A DNA stretch of 64,000 nt, from NCBI GenBank assembly GCA_964016885.1, contig CAXHJY010000161.1, forward strand, positions 186,001 to 250,000. Direction: 5' to 3'. Below are positions 16,101 through 32,329 of this stretch, piece after piece. The position numbers were made by a program, and so were the translations under genes. This DNA is from Eledone cirrhosa (lineage: Eukaryota). The notes under the pieces were generated by a model that did no database searches, was not told the origin of the DNA, and saw only the letters and a program-made list of their open reading frames with translations. Position 1 is the first letter of the stretch. Each line of letters starts with the position of its first letter.

Positions 16101-17424
16101 AGCAACAACAACAACACTGGCACTGACAGAGAAAACAGCAACAACTACAACAACACTGGCACTGACAGAGAAAACAGCAACAACTACAACAACACTGGCA
16201 CTGACACTGAAAAAAGCAACAACTACAACAACACTGGCACTGACACAGAAAACAGCAACAATTACAACAACACTGGCACTGACACAGAAAACAGCAACAA
16301 CAACACTGGCACTGACACAGAAAACAGCAACAACAAAAACACTGGCACTGACAGAGAAAACAGCAACAACAACCACACTGGCACTGACAGAGAAAACAGC
16401 ATCAACAACAACACCGGCACTGACACAGAAAACAGCAACAACTACAACAACACTGGCACTGACAGAGAAAACAGCAACAATTACAACAACACTGGCACTG
16501 ACAGAGAAAACAGCAACAACAACAACACTGGCACTGACACAGAAAACAACAACAACTACAACACTGGCACTGACAGAGAAAACAGCAACAACAACAACAA
16601 CACTGGCACTGACAGAGAAAACAGCAACAGCAACAACACTGGCACTGACAGAGAAAACAGCAACAACAACACTGGCACTGACACAGAAAACAGCAACAAC
16701 TACAACAACACTGGCACTGACAGAGAAAACAGCAACAACTACAACAACACTGGCACTGACACAGAAAACAGCAACAACTACAACAACACTGGCACTGACA
16801 GAGAAAACAGCAACAACAACACTGGCACTGACACAGAAAACAGCAACAACTACAACAACACTGGCACTGACACAGTAAACAACAACAACTACAACAACAC
16901 TGGCACTGACAGAGAAAACAGCAACAACTACAACAACACTGGCACTGACACAGAAAACAGCAACAACTACAACAACACTGGCACTGACACAGAAAACAGC
17001 AACAACTAAAACAACACCGGCACTGACACAGAAAACAGCAACAACTACAACAACACTGGCACGGAAAACAGCAACAACAGCAACAACAACACTGGCACTG
17101 ACACAGAAAACAGCAACAACAGCAACAACAACCGTGGCACTGACACAGAAAACAGCAACAACAGCAACAATAACACTGGCACTGGCACAGAAAACAGCAA
17201 CAGCAATACTGGAACTAACACAGAAAACAGCAACAGTAACAACAACAACACTGGCACTGACACAGAAAACAGCAACAACAACAACACTGGCACTGACACA
17301 GAAAACAGCAACAACAACAACACTGGCACTGACAGTGAAAATAGCAACAGCAACAACACTGGCACTGACAGAGAAAACAGCAACAACTACAACACTGGCA
17401 CTGACAGAGAAAACAGCAACAACA

Positions 17425-20400
17425 ACAACACTGGCACTGACAAAGAAAACAGCAACAACTACAACAACACTGGCACTGACACAGAAAACAGCAACAACTA
17501 CAACAAAACTGGCACTGACAGAGAAAACAGCAACAACTACAACAACACTGGCACTGACAGAGAAAACAGCAACAACAACACTGGCACTGACACAGAAAAC
17601 AGCAACAACTACAACAACACTGGCACTAACAGAGAAAACAGCAACAACTACAACAACACTGGCACTGACACAGAAAACAGCAACAACTACAACAACACTG
17701 ACACTGACAGAGAAAACAGCAACAACAACAACACTGGCACTGACACAGAAAACAGCAACAACTACAACAACACTGGCACTGACAGAGAAAACAGCAACAA
17801 CTACAACAACACTGGCACTGACAGAGAAAACAGCAACAACTACAACAACACTGGCACTGACACTGAAAAAAGCAACAACTACAACAACACTGGCACTGAC
17901 ACAGAAAACAGCAACAACTACAACAACACTGGCAGTGACACAGAAAACAGCAACAACAACAACACTGGCACTGACACAGAAAACAGCAACAACAAAAACA
18001 CTGGCACTGACAGAGAAAACAGCAACAACAACAACAACACCGGCACTGACACAGAAAACAGCAACAACTACAACAACACTGGCACTGACAGAGAAAACAG
18101 CAACAACTACAACAACACTGGCACTGACAGAGAAAACAGCAACAACAACAACACTGGCACTGACACAGAAAACAGCAACAACTACAACACTGGCACTGAC
18201 AGAGAAAACAGCAACAGCAACAACACTGGCACTGACAGTGAAAACAGCAACAACTACAACAACACTGGCACTGACACAGAAAACAGCAACAACTACAACA
18301 ACACTGGCACTGACTCAGAAAACAGCAACAACTACAACAACACTGGCACTGACACAGAAAACAGCAACAACTACAACAACACTGGCACTGACAGAGAAAA
18401 CAGCAACAACAACACTGGCACTGACACAGAAAACAGCAACAACTACAGCAACACTGGCACTGACAGAGAAAACAGCAACAACTACAACAACACTGGCACT
18501 GACAGAGAAAACAGCAACAACTACAACAACACTGGCACTGACACAGAAAACAGCAACAACTACAACAACACTGGCACTGACACAGAAAACAGCAACAACC
18601 ACAACAACACTGGCACTGACACAGAAAACAGCAACAACAACAACACTGGCACTGACAGAGAAAACAGCAACAACTAAAACAACACCGGCACTGACACAGA
18701 AAACAGCAACAACTACAACAACACTGGCACGGAAAACAGCAACAACAGCAACAACAACACTGGCACTGACACAGAAAACAGCAACAACAGCAACAACAAC
18801 CGTGGCACTGACACAGAAAACAGCAACAACAGCAACAATAACACTGGCACTGGCACAGAAAACAGCAACAACTACAACAACACTGGCACTGACACAGAAA
18901 ACAGCAACAACAACAACACTGGCACAGACACAGAAAACAGCAACAACAACAACACTGGCACTGACAGAGAAAACAGCAACAACTACAACACTGACACTGA
19001 CAGAGAAAGCATCAACAACAACAACACTGTCACTGACAGAGAAGACAGCAACAACTAAAACAACACTGGCACTGACAGAGAAAACAACAACAACTACAAC
19101 ACTGGCACTGACAGAGAAAACAGCAACAACAACAACACTGGCACTGACAAAGAAAACAGCAACAACTACAACAACACTGGCACTGACACAGAAAACAGCA
19201 ACAACTACAACAAATCTGGCACTGACAGAGAAAACAGCAACAACTACAACAACACTGGCACTGACAGAGAAAACAGCAACAACAACACTGGCACTGACAC
19301 AGAAAACAGCAACAACTACAACAACACTGGCACTGACAGAGAAAACAGCAACAACTACAACAACACTGGCACTGACACAGAAAACAGCAACAACTACAAC
19401 AACACTGGCACTGACAGAGAAAACAGCAACAACAACAACACTGGCACTGACACAGAAAACAGCAACAACTACAACAACACTGGCACTGACAGAGAAAACA
19501 GCAACAACTACAACAACACTGGCACTGACAGAGAAAACAGCAACAACTACAACAACACTGGCACTGACACTGAAAAAAGCAACAACTACAACAACACTGG
19601 CACTGACACAGAAAACAGCAACAACTACAACAACACTGGCACTGACAGAGAAAACAGCAACAACAACAACAACACTGGCACTGACAGAGAAAACAGCAAC
19701 AACTACAACACTGGCACTGACAGAGAAAACAGCAACAACAACAACACTGGCACTGACAAAGAAAACAGCAACAACTACAACAACACAGGCACTGACACAG
19801 AAAACAGCAACAACTACAACAAAACTGGCACTGACAGAGAAAACAGCAACAACTACAACAACACTGGCACTGACAGAGAAAACAGCAACAACACTGGCAC
19901 TGACACAGAAAACAGCAACAACTACAACAACACTGGCACTGACAGAGAAAACAGCAACAACTACAACAACACTGGCACTGACACAGAAAACAGCAACAAC
20001 TACAACAACACTGGCACTGACAGAGAAAACAGCAACAACAACAACACTGGCACTGACACAGAAAACAGCAACAACTACAACAACACTGGCACTGACAGAA
20101 AAAACAGCAACAACTACAACAACACTGGCACTGACAGAGAAAACAGCAACAACTACAACAACACTGGCACTGACACTGAAAAAAGCAACAACTACAACAA
20201 CACTGGCACTGACACAGAAAACAGCAACAACTACAACACTGGCACTGACAGAGAAAACAGCAACAACAACAACACTGGCACTGACACAGAAAACAGCAAC
20301 AACTACAACAACACTGGCACTGACAGAGAAAACAGCAACAACTACAACAACACTGGCACTGACAGAGAAAACAGCAACAACTACAACAACACTGGCACTG

Positions 20401-23400
20401 ACAGAGAAAACAGCAACAACTACAACAACACTGGCACTGACACTGAAAAAAGCAACAACTACAACAACACTGGCACTGACACAGAAAACAGCAACAACTA
20501 CAACACTGGCACTGACAGAGAAAACAGCAACAACAACAACACTGGCACTGACACAGAAAACAGCAACAACTACAACAACACTGGCACTGACAGAGAAAAC
20601 AGCAACAACTACAACAACACTGGCACTGACAGAGAAAACAGCAACAACTACAACAACACTGGCACTGACACTGAAAAAAGCAACAACTACAACAACACTG
20701 GCACTGACACAGAAAACAGCAACAACTACAACAACACTGGCAGTGACACAGAAAAGAGCAACAACAACAACACTGGCACTGACACAGAAAACAGCAACAA
20801 CAAAAACACTGGCACTGACAGAGAAAACAGCAACAACAACAACAACACCGGCACTGACACAGAAAACAGCAACAACTACAACAACACTGGCACTGACAGA
20901 GAAGACAGCAACAACTACAACAACACTGGCACTGACAGAGAAAACAGCAACAACAACAACACTGGCACTGACACAGAAAACAGCAACAACTACAACACTG
21001 GCACTGACAGAGAAAACAGCAACAACTACAACAACACTGGCACTGACACAGAAAACAGCAACAACTACAACAACACTGGCACTGACAGAGAAAACAGCAA
21101 CAGCAACAACACTGGCACTGACAGTGAAAACAGCAACAACTACAACAACACTGGCACTGACACAGAAAACAGCAACAACTACAACAACACTGGCACTGAC
21201 AGAGAAAACAGCAACAACTACAACAACACTGGCACTGACACAGAAAACAGCAACAACTACAACAACACTGGAACTGACAGAGAAAACAGCAACAACAACA
21301 CTGGCACTGACACAGAAAACAGCAACAATTACAGCAACACTGGCACTGACAGAGAAAACAGCAACAACTACAACAACACTGGCACTGACAGAGAAAACAG
21401 CAACAACTACAACAACACTGGCACTGACACAGAAAACAGCAACAACTACAACAACACTGGCACTGACACAGAAAACAGCAACAACCACAACAACACTGGC
21501 ACTGACACAGAAAACAGCAACAACAACAACACTGGCACTGACACAGAAAACAGCAACAACTAAAACAACACCGGCACTGACACAGAAAACAGCAACAACT
21601 ACAACAACACTGGCACGGAAAACAGCAACAACAGCAACAACAACACTGGCACTGACACAGAAAACAGCAACAACAGCAACAACAACCGGGGCACTGACAC
21701 AGAAAACAGCAACAACAGCAACAATAACACTGGCACTGGCACAGAAAACAGCAACAGCAATACTGGAACTGACACAGGAAACAGCAACAGTAACAACAAC
21801 AACACTGGCACTGACACAGAAAACAGCAACAACAACAACAACACTGGCACTGACACAGAAAACAGCAACAACAACAACACTGGCACTGACAGAGAAAACA
21901 GCAACAACTACAACACTGACACTGACAGAGAAAGCAGCAACAACAACAACACTGTCACTGACAGAGAAAACAGCAACAACTAAAACAACACTGGCACTGA
22001 CAGAGAAAACAACAACAACTACAACACTGGCACTGACAGAGAAAACAGCAACAACAACAACACTGGCACTGACAAAGAAAACAGCAACAACTACAACAAC
22101 ACTGGCACTGACACAGAAAACAGCAACAACTACAACAAAACTGGCACTGACAGAGAAAACAGCAACAACTACAACAACACTGGCACTGACAGAGAAAACA
22201 GCAACAACAACACTGGCACTGACACAGAAAACAGCAACAACTACAACAACACTGGCACTGACAGAGAAAACAGCAACAACTACAACAACACTGGCACTGA
22301 CACAGAAAACAGCAACAACAACAACACTGGCACTGACACAGAAAACAGCAACAACTACAACAACACTGGCACTGACAGAGAAAACAGCAACAACTACAAC
22401 AACACTGGCACTGACAGAGAAAACAGCAACAACTACAACAACACTGGCACTGACACTGAAAAAAGCAACAACTACAACAACACTGGCACTGACACAGAAA
22501 ACAGCAACAACTACAACAACACTGGCACTGACAGAGAAAACAGCAACAACAACAACAACACTGGCACTGACAGAGAAAACAGCAACAACTACAACACTGG
22601 CACTGACAGAGAAAACAGCAACAACAACAACACTGGCACTGACAAAGAAAACAGCAACAACTACAACAACACAGGCACTGACACAGAAAACAGCAACAAC
22701 TACAACAAAACTGGCACTGACAGAGAAAACAGCAACAACTACAACAACACTGGCACTGACAGAGAAAACAGCAACAACACTGGCACTGACACAGAAAACA
22801 GCAACAACTACAACAACACTGGCACTGACAGAGAAAACAGCTACAACTACAACAACACTGGCACTGACACAGAAAACAGCAACAACTACAACAACACTGG
22901 CACTGGCAGAGAAAACAGCAACAACAACAACACCGGCACTGACACAGAAAACAGCAACAACTACAACAACACTGGCACTGACAGAGAAAACAGCAACAAT
23001 TACAACAACACTGGCACTGACAGAGAAAACAGCAACAACAACAACACTGGCACTGACACAGAAAACAGCAACAACTACAACACTGGCACTGACAGAGAAA
23101 ACAGCAACAACTACAACAACACTGGCACTGACAGAGAAAACAGCAACAGCAACAACACTGGCACTGACAGAGAAAACAGCAACAACAGCAACAACAACAC
23201 TGGCACTGACAGAGAAAACAGCAACAACAACACTGGCACTGACACAGAAAACAGCAACAACTACAACAACACTGGCACTGACAGAGAAAACAGCAACAAC
23301 TACAACAACACTGGCACTGACACAGAAAACAGCAACAACTACAACAACACTGGCACTGACAGAGAAAACAGCAACAACAACACTGGCACTGACACAGAAA

Positions 23401-26400
23401 ACAGCAACAACTACAACAACACTGGCACTGACACAGTAAACAACAACAACTACAACAACACTGGCACTGACAGAGAAAACAGCAACAACTACAACAACAC
23501 TGGCACTGACACAGAAAACAGCTACAACTACAACAACACTGGCACTGACACAGAAAACAGCAACAACTAAAACAACACCGGCACTGACACAGAAAACAGC
23601 AACAACTACAACAACACTGGCACGGAAAACAGCAACAACAGCAACAACAACACTGGCACTGACAGAAAACTCAACAACAGCAACAACAACCGTGGCACTG
23701 ACACAGAAAACAGCAACAACAGCAACAATAACACTGGCACTGGCACAGAAAACAGCAACAGCAATACTGGAACTTACACAGAAAACAGCAACAGTAACAA
23801 CAACAACACTGCCACTGACACAGAAAACAGCAACAACAACAACACTGGCACTGACACAGAAAACAGCAACAACAACAACACTGACACTGACAGTGAAAAT
23901 AGCAACAGCAACAACACTGGCACTGACAGAGAAAACAGCAACAACAACAACACTGGCACTGACACAGAAAACAGCAACAACTACAACAACACTGGCACTG
24001 ACAGAGAAAACAGCAACAACAACAACAACACTGGCACTGACAGAGAAAACAGCAACAACTACAACACTGGCACTGACAGAGAAAACAGCAACAACAACAA
24101 CACTGGCACTGACAAAGAAAACAGCAACAACTACAACAACACTGGCACTGACACAGAAAACAGCAACAACTACAACAAAACTGGCACTGACAGAGAAAAC
24201 AGCAACAACTACAACAACACTGGCACTGACAGAGAAAACAGCAACAACACTGGCACTGACACAGAAAACAGCAACAACTACAACAACACTGGCACTGACA
24301 GAGAAAACAGCAACAACTACAACAACACTGGCACTGACACAGAAAACAGCAACAACTACAACAACACTGGCACTGACAGAGAAAACAGCAACAACAAGAA
24401 CACTGGCACTGACAGAGAAAACAGCAACAACTACAACAACACTGGCACTGACAGAGAAAACAGCAACAACTACAACAACACTGGCACTGACACTGAAAAA
24501 AGCAACAACTACAACAACACTGGCACTGACACAGAAAACAGCAACAATTACAACAACACTGGCACTGACACAGAAAACAGCAACAACAACACTGGCACTG
24601 ACACAGAGAACAGCAACAACAAAAACACTGGCACTGACAGAGAAAACAGCAACAACAACAACACTGGCACTGACAGAGAAAACAGCAACAACAACAACAC
24701 CGGCACTGACACAGAAAACAGCAACAACTACAACAACACTGGCACTGACAGAGAAAACAGCAACAATTACAACAACACTGGCACTGACAGAGAAAACAGC
24801 AACAACAACAACACGGGCACTGACACAGAAAACAGCAACAACTACAACACTGGCACTGACAGAGAAAACAGCAACAACTACAACAACACTGGCACTGACA
24901 AAGAAAACAGCAACAACTACAACAACACTGGCACTGACACAGAAAACAGCAACAACTACAACAAAACTGGCACTGACAGAGAAAACAGCAACAACTACAA
25001 CAACACTGGCACTAACAGAGAAAACAGCAACAACAACACTGGCACTGACACAGAAAACAGCAACAACTACAACAACACTGGCACTAACAGAGAAAACAGC
25101 AACAACTACAACAACACTGGCACTGACACAGAAAACAGCAACAACTACAACAACACTGGCACTGACAGAGAAAACAGCAACAACAACAACACTGGCACTG
25201 ACACAGAAAACAGCAACAACTACAACAACACTGGCACTGACAGAGAAAACAGCAACAACTACAACAACACTGGCACTGACAGAGAAAACAGCAACAACTA
25301 CAACAACACTGGCACTGACACTGAAAAAAGCAACAACTACAACAACACTGGCACTGACACAGAAAACAGCAACAACTACAACAACACTGGCAGTGACACA
25401 GAAAACAGCAACAACAACAACACTGGCACTGACACAGAAAACAGCAACAACAAAAACACTGGCACTGACAGAGAAAACAGCAACAACAACAACAACACCG
25501 GCACTGACACAGAAAACAGCAACAACTACAACAACACTGGCACTGACAGAGAAAACAGCAACAACTACAACAACACTGGCACTGACAGAGAAAACAGCAA
25601 CAACAACAACACTGGCACTGACACAGAAAACAGCAACAACTACAACACTGGCACTGACAGAGAAAACAGCAACAGCAACAACACTGGCACTGACAGTGAA
25701 AACAGCAACAACTACAACAACACTGGCACTGACACAGAAAACAGCAACAACTACAACAACACTGGCACTGACTCAGAAAACAGCAACAACTACAACAACA
25801 CTGGCACTGACACAGAAAACAGCAACAACAACACTGGCACTGACACAGAAAACAGCAACAACTACAGCAACACTGGCACTGACAGAGAAAACAGCAACAA
25901 CTACAACAACACTGGCACTGACAGAGAAAACAGCAACAACTACAACAACACTGGCACTGACACAGAAAACAGCAACAACTACAACAACACTGGCACTGAC
26001 ACAGAAAACAGCAACAACCACAACAACACTGGCACTGACACAGAAAACAGCAACAACAACAACACTGGCACTGACAGAGAAAACAGCAACAACTAAAACA
26101 ACACCGGCACTGACACAGAAAACAGCAACAACTACAACAACACTGGCACGGAAAACAGCAACAACAGCAACAACAACACTGGCACTGACACAGAAAACAG
26201 CAACAACAGCAACAACAACCGTGGCACTGACACAGAAAACAGCAACAACAGCAACAATAACACTGGCACTGGCACAGAAAACAGCAACAACTACAACAAC
26301 ACTGGCACTGACACAGAAAACAGCAACAACAACAACACTGGCACAGACACAGAAAACAGCAACAACAACAACACTGGCACTGACAGAGAAAACAGCAACA

Positions 26401-29400
26401 ACTACAACACTGACACTGACAGAGAAAGCATCAACAACAACAACACTGTCACTGACAGAGAAGACAGCAACAACTAAAACAACACTGGCACTGACAGAGA
26501 AAACAACAACAACTACAACACTGGCACTGACAGAGAAAACAGCAACAACAACAACACTGGCACTGACAAAGAAAACAGCAACAACTACAACAACACTGGC
26601 ACTGACACAGAAAACAGCAACAACTACAACAAATCTGGCACTGACAGAGAAAACAGCAACAACTACAACAACACTGGCACTGACAGAGAAAACAGCAACA
26701 ACAACACTGGCACTGACACAGAAAACAGCAACAACTACAACAACACTGGCACTGACAGAGAAAACAGCAACAACTACAACAACACTGGCACTGACACAGA
26801 AAACAGCAACAACTACAACAACACTGGTACTGACAGAGAAAACAGCAACAACAACAACACTGGCACTGACACAGAAAACAGCAACAACTACAACAACACT
26901 GGCACTGACAGAGAAAACAGCAACAACTACAACAACACTGGCACTGACAGAGAAAACAGCAACAACTACAACAACACTGGCACTGACACTGAAAAAAGCA
27001 ACAACTACAACAACACTGGCACTGACACAGAAAACAGCAACAACTACAACAACACTGGCACTGACAGAGAAAACAGCAACAACAACAACAACACTGGCAC
27101 TGACAGAGAAAACAGCAACAACTACAACACTGGCACTGACAGAGAAAACAGCAACAACAACAACACTGGCACTGACAAAGAAAACAGCAACAACTACAAC
27201 AACACAGGCACTGACACAGAAAACAGCAACAACTACAACAAAACTGGCACTGACAGAGAAAACAGCAACAACTACAACAACACTGGCACTGACAGAGAAA
27301 ACAGCAACAACACTGGCACTGACACAGAAAACAGCAACAACTACAACAACACTGGCACTGACAGAGAAAACAGCAACAACTACAACAACACTGGCACTGA
27401 CACAGAAAACAGCAACAACTACAACAACACTGGCACTGACAGAGAAAACAGCAACAACAATAACACTGGCACTGACACAGAAAACAGCAACAACTACAAC
27501 AACACTGGCACTGACAGAAAAACAGCAACAACTACAACAACACTGGCACTGACAGAGAAAACAGCAACAACTACAACAACACTGGCACTGACACTGAAAA
27601 AAGCAACAACTACAACAACACTGGCACTGACACAGAAAACAGCAACAACTACAACACTGGCACTGACAGAGAAAACAGCAACAACAACAACACTGGCACT
27701 GACACAGAAAACAGCAACAACTACAACAACACTGGCACTGACAGAGAAAACAGCAACAACTACAACAACACTGGCACTGACAGAGAAAACAGCAACAACT
27801 ACAACAACACTGGCACTGACAGAGAAAACAGCAACAACTACAACAACACTGGCACTGACACTGAAAAAAGCAACAACTACAACAACACTGGCACTGACAC
27901 AGAAAACAGCAACAACTACAACACTGGCACTGACAGAGAAAACAGCAACAACAACAACACTGGCACTGACACAGAAAACAGCAACAACTACAACAACACT
28001 GGCACTGACAGAGAAAACAGCAACAACTACAACAACACTGGCACTGACAGAGAAAACAGCAACAACTACAACAACACTGGCACTGACACTGAAAAAAGCA
28101 ACAACTACAACAACACTGGCACTGACACAGAAAACAGCAACAACTACAACAACACTGGCAGTGACACAGAAAAGAGCAACAACAACAACACTGGCACTGA
28201 CACAGAAAACAGCAACAACAAAAACACTGGCACTGACAGAGAAAACAGCAACAACAACAACAACACCGGCACTGACACAGAAAACAGCAACAACTACAAC
28301 AACACTGGCACTGACAGAGAAGACAGCAACAACTACAACAACACTGGCACTGACAGAGAAAACAGCAACAACAACAACACTGGCACTGACACAGAAAACA
28401 GCAACAACTACAACACTGGCACTGACAGAGAAAACAGCAACAACTACAACAACACTGGCACTGACACAGAAAACAGCAACAACTACAACAACACTGGCAC
28501 TGACAGAGAAAACAGCAACAGCAACAACACTGGCACTGACAGTGAAAACAGCAACAACTACAACAACACTGGCACTGACACAGAAAACAGCAACAACTAC
28601 AACAACACTGGCACTGACAGAGAAAACAGCAACAACTACAACAACACTGGCACTGACACAGAAAACAGCAACAACTACAACAACACTGGAACTGACAGAG
28701 AAAACAGCAACAACAACACTGGCACTGACACAGAAAACAGCAACAATTACAGCAACACTGGCACTGACAGAGAAAACAGCAACAACTACAACAACACTGG
28801 CACTGACAGAGAAAACAGCAACAACTACAACAACACTGGCACTGACACAGAAAACAGCAACAACTACAACAACACTGGCACTGACACAGAAAACAGCAAC
28901 AACCACAACAACACTGGCACTGACACAGAAAACAGCAACAACAACAACACTGGCACTGACAGAGAAAACAGCAACAACTAAAACAACACCGGCACTGACA
29001 CAGAAAACAGCAACAACTACAACAACACTGGCACGGAAAACAGCAACAACAGCAACAACAACACTGGCACTGACACAGAAAACAGCAACAACAGCAACAA
29101 CAACCGGGGCACTGACACAGAAAACAGCAACAACAGCAACAATAACACTGGCACTGGCACAGAAAACAGCAACAGCAATACTGGAACTGACACAGAAAAC
29201 AGCAACAGTAACAACAACAACACTGGCACTGACACAGAAAACAGCAACAACAACAACAACACTGGCACTGACACAGAAAACAGCAACAACAACAACACTG
29301 GCACTGACAGAGAAAACAGCAACAACTACAACACTGACACTGACAGAGAAAGCAGCAACAACAACAACACTGTCACTGACAGAGAAAACAGCAACAACTA

Positions 29401-32318
29401 AAACAACACTGGCACTGACAGAGAAAACAACAACAACTACAACACTGGCACTGACAGAGAAAACAGCAACAACAACAACACTGGCACTGACAAAGAAAAC
29501 AGCAACAACTACAACAACACTGGCACTGACACAGAAAACAGCAACAACTACAACAAAACTGGCACTGACAGAGAAAACAGCAACAACTACAACAACACTG
29601 GCACTGACAGAGAAAACAGCAACAACAACACTGGCACTGACACAGAAAACAGCAACAACTACAACAACACTGGCACTGACAGAGAAAACAGCAACAACTA
29701 CAACAACACTGGCACTGACACAGAAAACAGCAACAACAACAACACTGGCACTGACACAGAAAACAGCAACAACTACAACAACACTGGCACTGACAGAGAA
29801 AACAGCAACAACTACAACAACACTGGCACTGACAGAGAAAACAGCAACAACTACAACAACACTGGCACTGACACTGAAAAAAGCAACAACTACAACAACA
29901 CTGGCACTGACACAGAAAACAGCAACAACTACAACAACACTGGCACTGACAGAGAAAACAGCAACAACAACAACAACACTGGCACTGACAGAGAAAACAG
30001 CAACAACTACAACACTGGCACTGACAGAGAAAACAGCAACAACAACAACACTGGCACTGACAAAGAAAACAGCAACAACTACAACAACACAGGCACTGAC
30101 ACAGAAAACAGCAACAACTACAACAAAACTGGCACTGACAGAGAAAACAGCAACAACTACAACAACACTGGCACTGACAGAGAAAACAGCAACAACACTG
30201 GCACTGACACAGAAAACAGCAACAACTACAACAACACTGGCACTGACAGAGAAAACAGCTACAACTACAACAACACTGGCACTGACACAGAAAACAGCAA
30301 CAACTACAACAACACTGGCACTGGCAGAGAAAACAGCAACAACAACAACACCGGCACTGACACAGAAAACAGCAACAACTACAACAACACTGGCACTGAC
30401 AGAGAAAACAGCAACAATTACAACAACACTGGCACTGACAGAGAAAACAGCAACAACAACAACACTGGCACTGACACAGAAAACAGCAACAACTACAACA
30501 CTGGCACTGACAGAGAAAACAGCAACAACTACAACAACACTGGCACTGACAGAGAAAACAGCAACAGCAACAACACTGGCACTGACAGAGAAAACAGCAA
30601 CAACAGCAACAACAACACTGGCACTGACAGAGAAAACAGCAACAACAACACTGGCACTGACACAGAAAACAGCAACAACTACAACAACACTGGCACTGAC
30701 AGAGAAAACAGCAACAACTACAACAACACTGGCACTGACACAGAAAACAGCAACAACTACAACAACACTGGCACTGACAGAGAAAACAGCAACAACAACA
30801 CTGGCACTGACACAGAAAACAGCAACAACTACAACAACACTGGCACTGACACAGTAAACAACAACAACTACAACAACACTGGCACTGACAGAGAAAACAG
30901 CAACAACTACAACAACACTGGCACTGACACAGAAAACAGCTACAACTACAACAACACTGGCACTGACACAGAAAACAGCAACAACTAAAACAACACCGGC
31001 ACTGACACAGAAAACAGCAACAACTACAACAACACTGGCACGGAAAACAGCAACAACAGCAACAACAACACTGGCACTGACAGAAAACTCAACAACAGCA
31101 ACAACAACCGTGGCACTGACACAGAAAACAGCAACAACAGCAACAATAACACTGGCACTGGCACAGAAAACAGCAACAGCAATACTGGAACTTACACAGA
31201 AAACAGCAACAGTAACAACAACAACACTGGCACTGACACAGAAAACAGCAACAACAACAACACTGGCACTGACACAGAAAACAGCAACAACAACAACACT
31301 GACACTGACAGTGAAAATAGCAACAGCAACAACACTGGCACTGACAGAGAAAACAGCAACAACAACAACACTGGCACTGACACAGAAAACAGCAACAACT
31401 ACAACAACACTGGCACTGACAGAGAAAACAGCAACAACAACAACAACACTGGCACTGACAGAGAAAACAGCAACAACTACAACACTGGCACTGACAGAGA
31501 AAACAGCAACAACAACAACACTGGCACTGACAAAGAAAACAGCAACAACTACAACAACACTGGCACTGACACAGAAAACAGCAACAACTACAACAAAACT
31601 GGCACTGACAGAGAAAACAGCAACAACTACAACAACACTGGCACTGACAGAGAAAACAGCAACAACACTGGCACTGACACAGAAAACAGCAACAACTACA
31701 ACAACACTGGCACTGACAGAGAAAACAGCAACAACTACAACAACACTGGCACTGACACAGAAAACAGCAACAACTACAACAACACTGGCACTGACAGAGA
31801 AAACAGCAACAACAAGAACACTGGCACTGACAGAGAAAACAGCAACAACTACAACAACACTGGCACTGACAGAGAAAACAGCAACAACTACAACAACACT
31901 GGCACTGACACTGAAAAAAGCAACAACTACAACAACACTGGCACTGACACAGAAAACAGCAACAATTACAACAACACTGGCACTGACACAGAAAACAGCA
32001 ACAACAACACTGGCACTGACACAGAGAACAGCAACAACAAAAACACTGGCACTGACAGAGAAAACAGCAACAACAACAACACTGGCACTGACAGAGAAAA
32101 CAGCAACAACAAGAACACCGGCACTGACACAGAAAACAGCAACAACTACAACAACACTGGCACTGACAGAGAAAACAGCAACAATTACAACAACACTGGC
32201 ACTGACAGAGAAAACAGCAACAACAACAACACGGGCACTGACACAGAAAACAGCAACAACTACAACACTGGCACTGACAGAGAAAACAGCAACAACTACA
32301 ACAACACTGGCACTGACA
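17425..32318. repeat. Tandem block duplication, period ~7,419 bp (observed offsets 7,458 then 7,418), slightly diverged
   Basis: Offsets: 18315/25773 (TGACTCAG variant), 21599/29017, 23439/30857, 23692/31110, CACGGGCAC ~24814/32232. The copies share private variants (GCATCAAC, AAATCTGG, ACCGGGGC, CTGGCAGAG). Confidence 0.88.
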
Positions 32319-32329
32319 GAGAAAACAGC

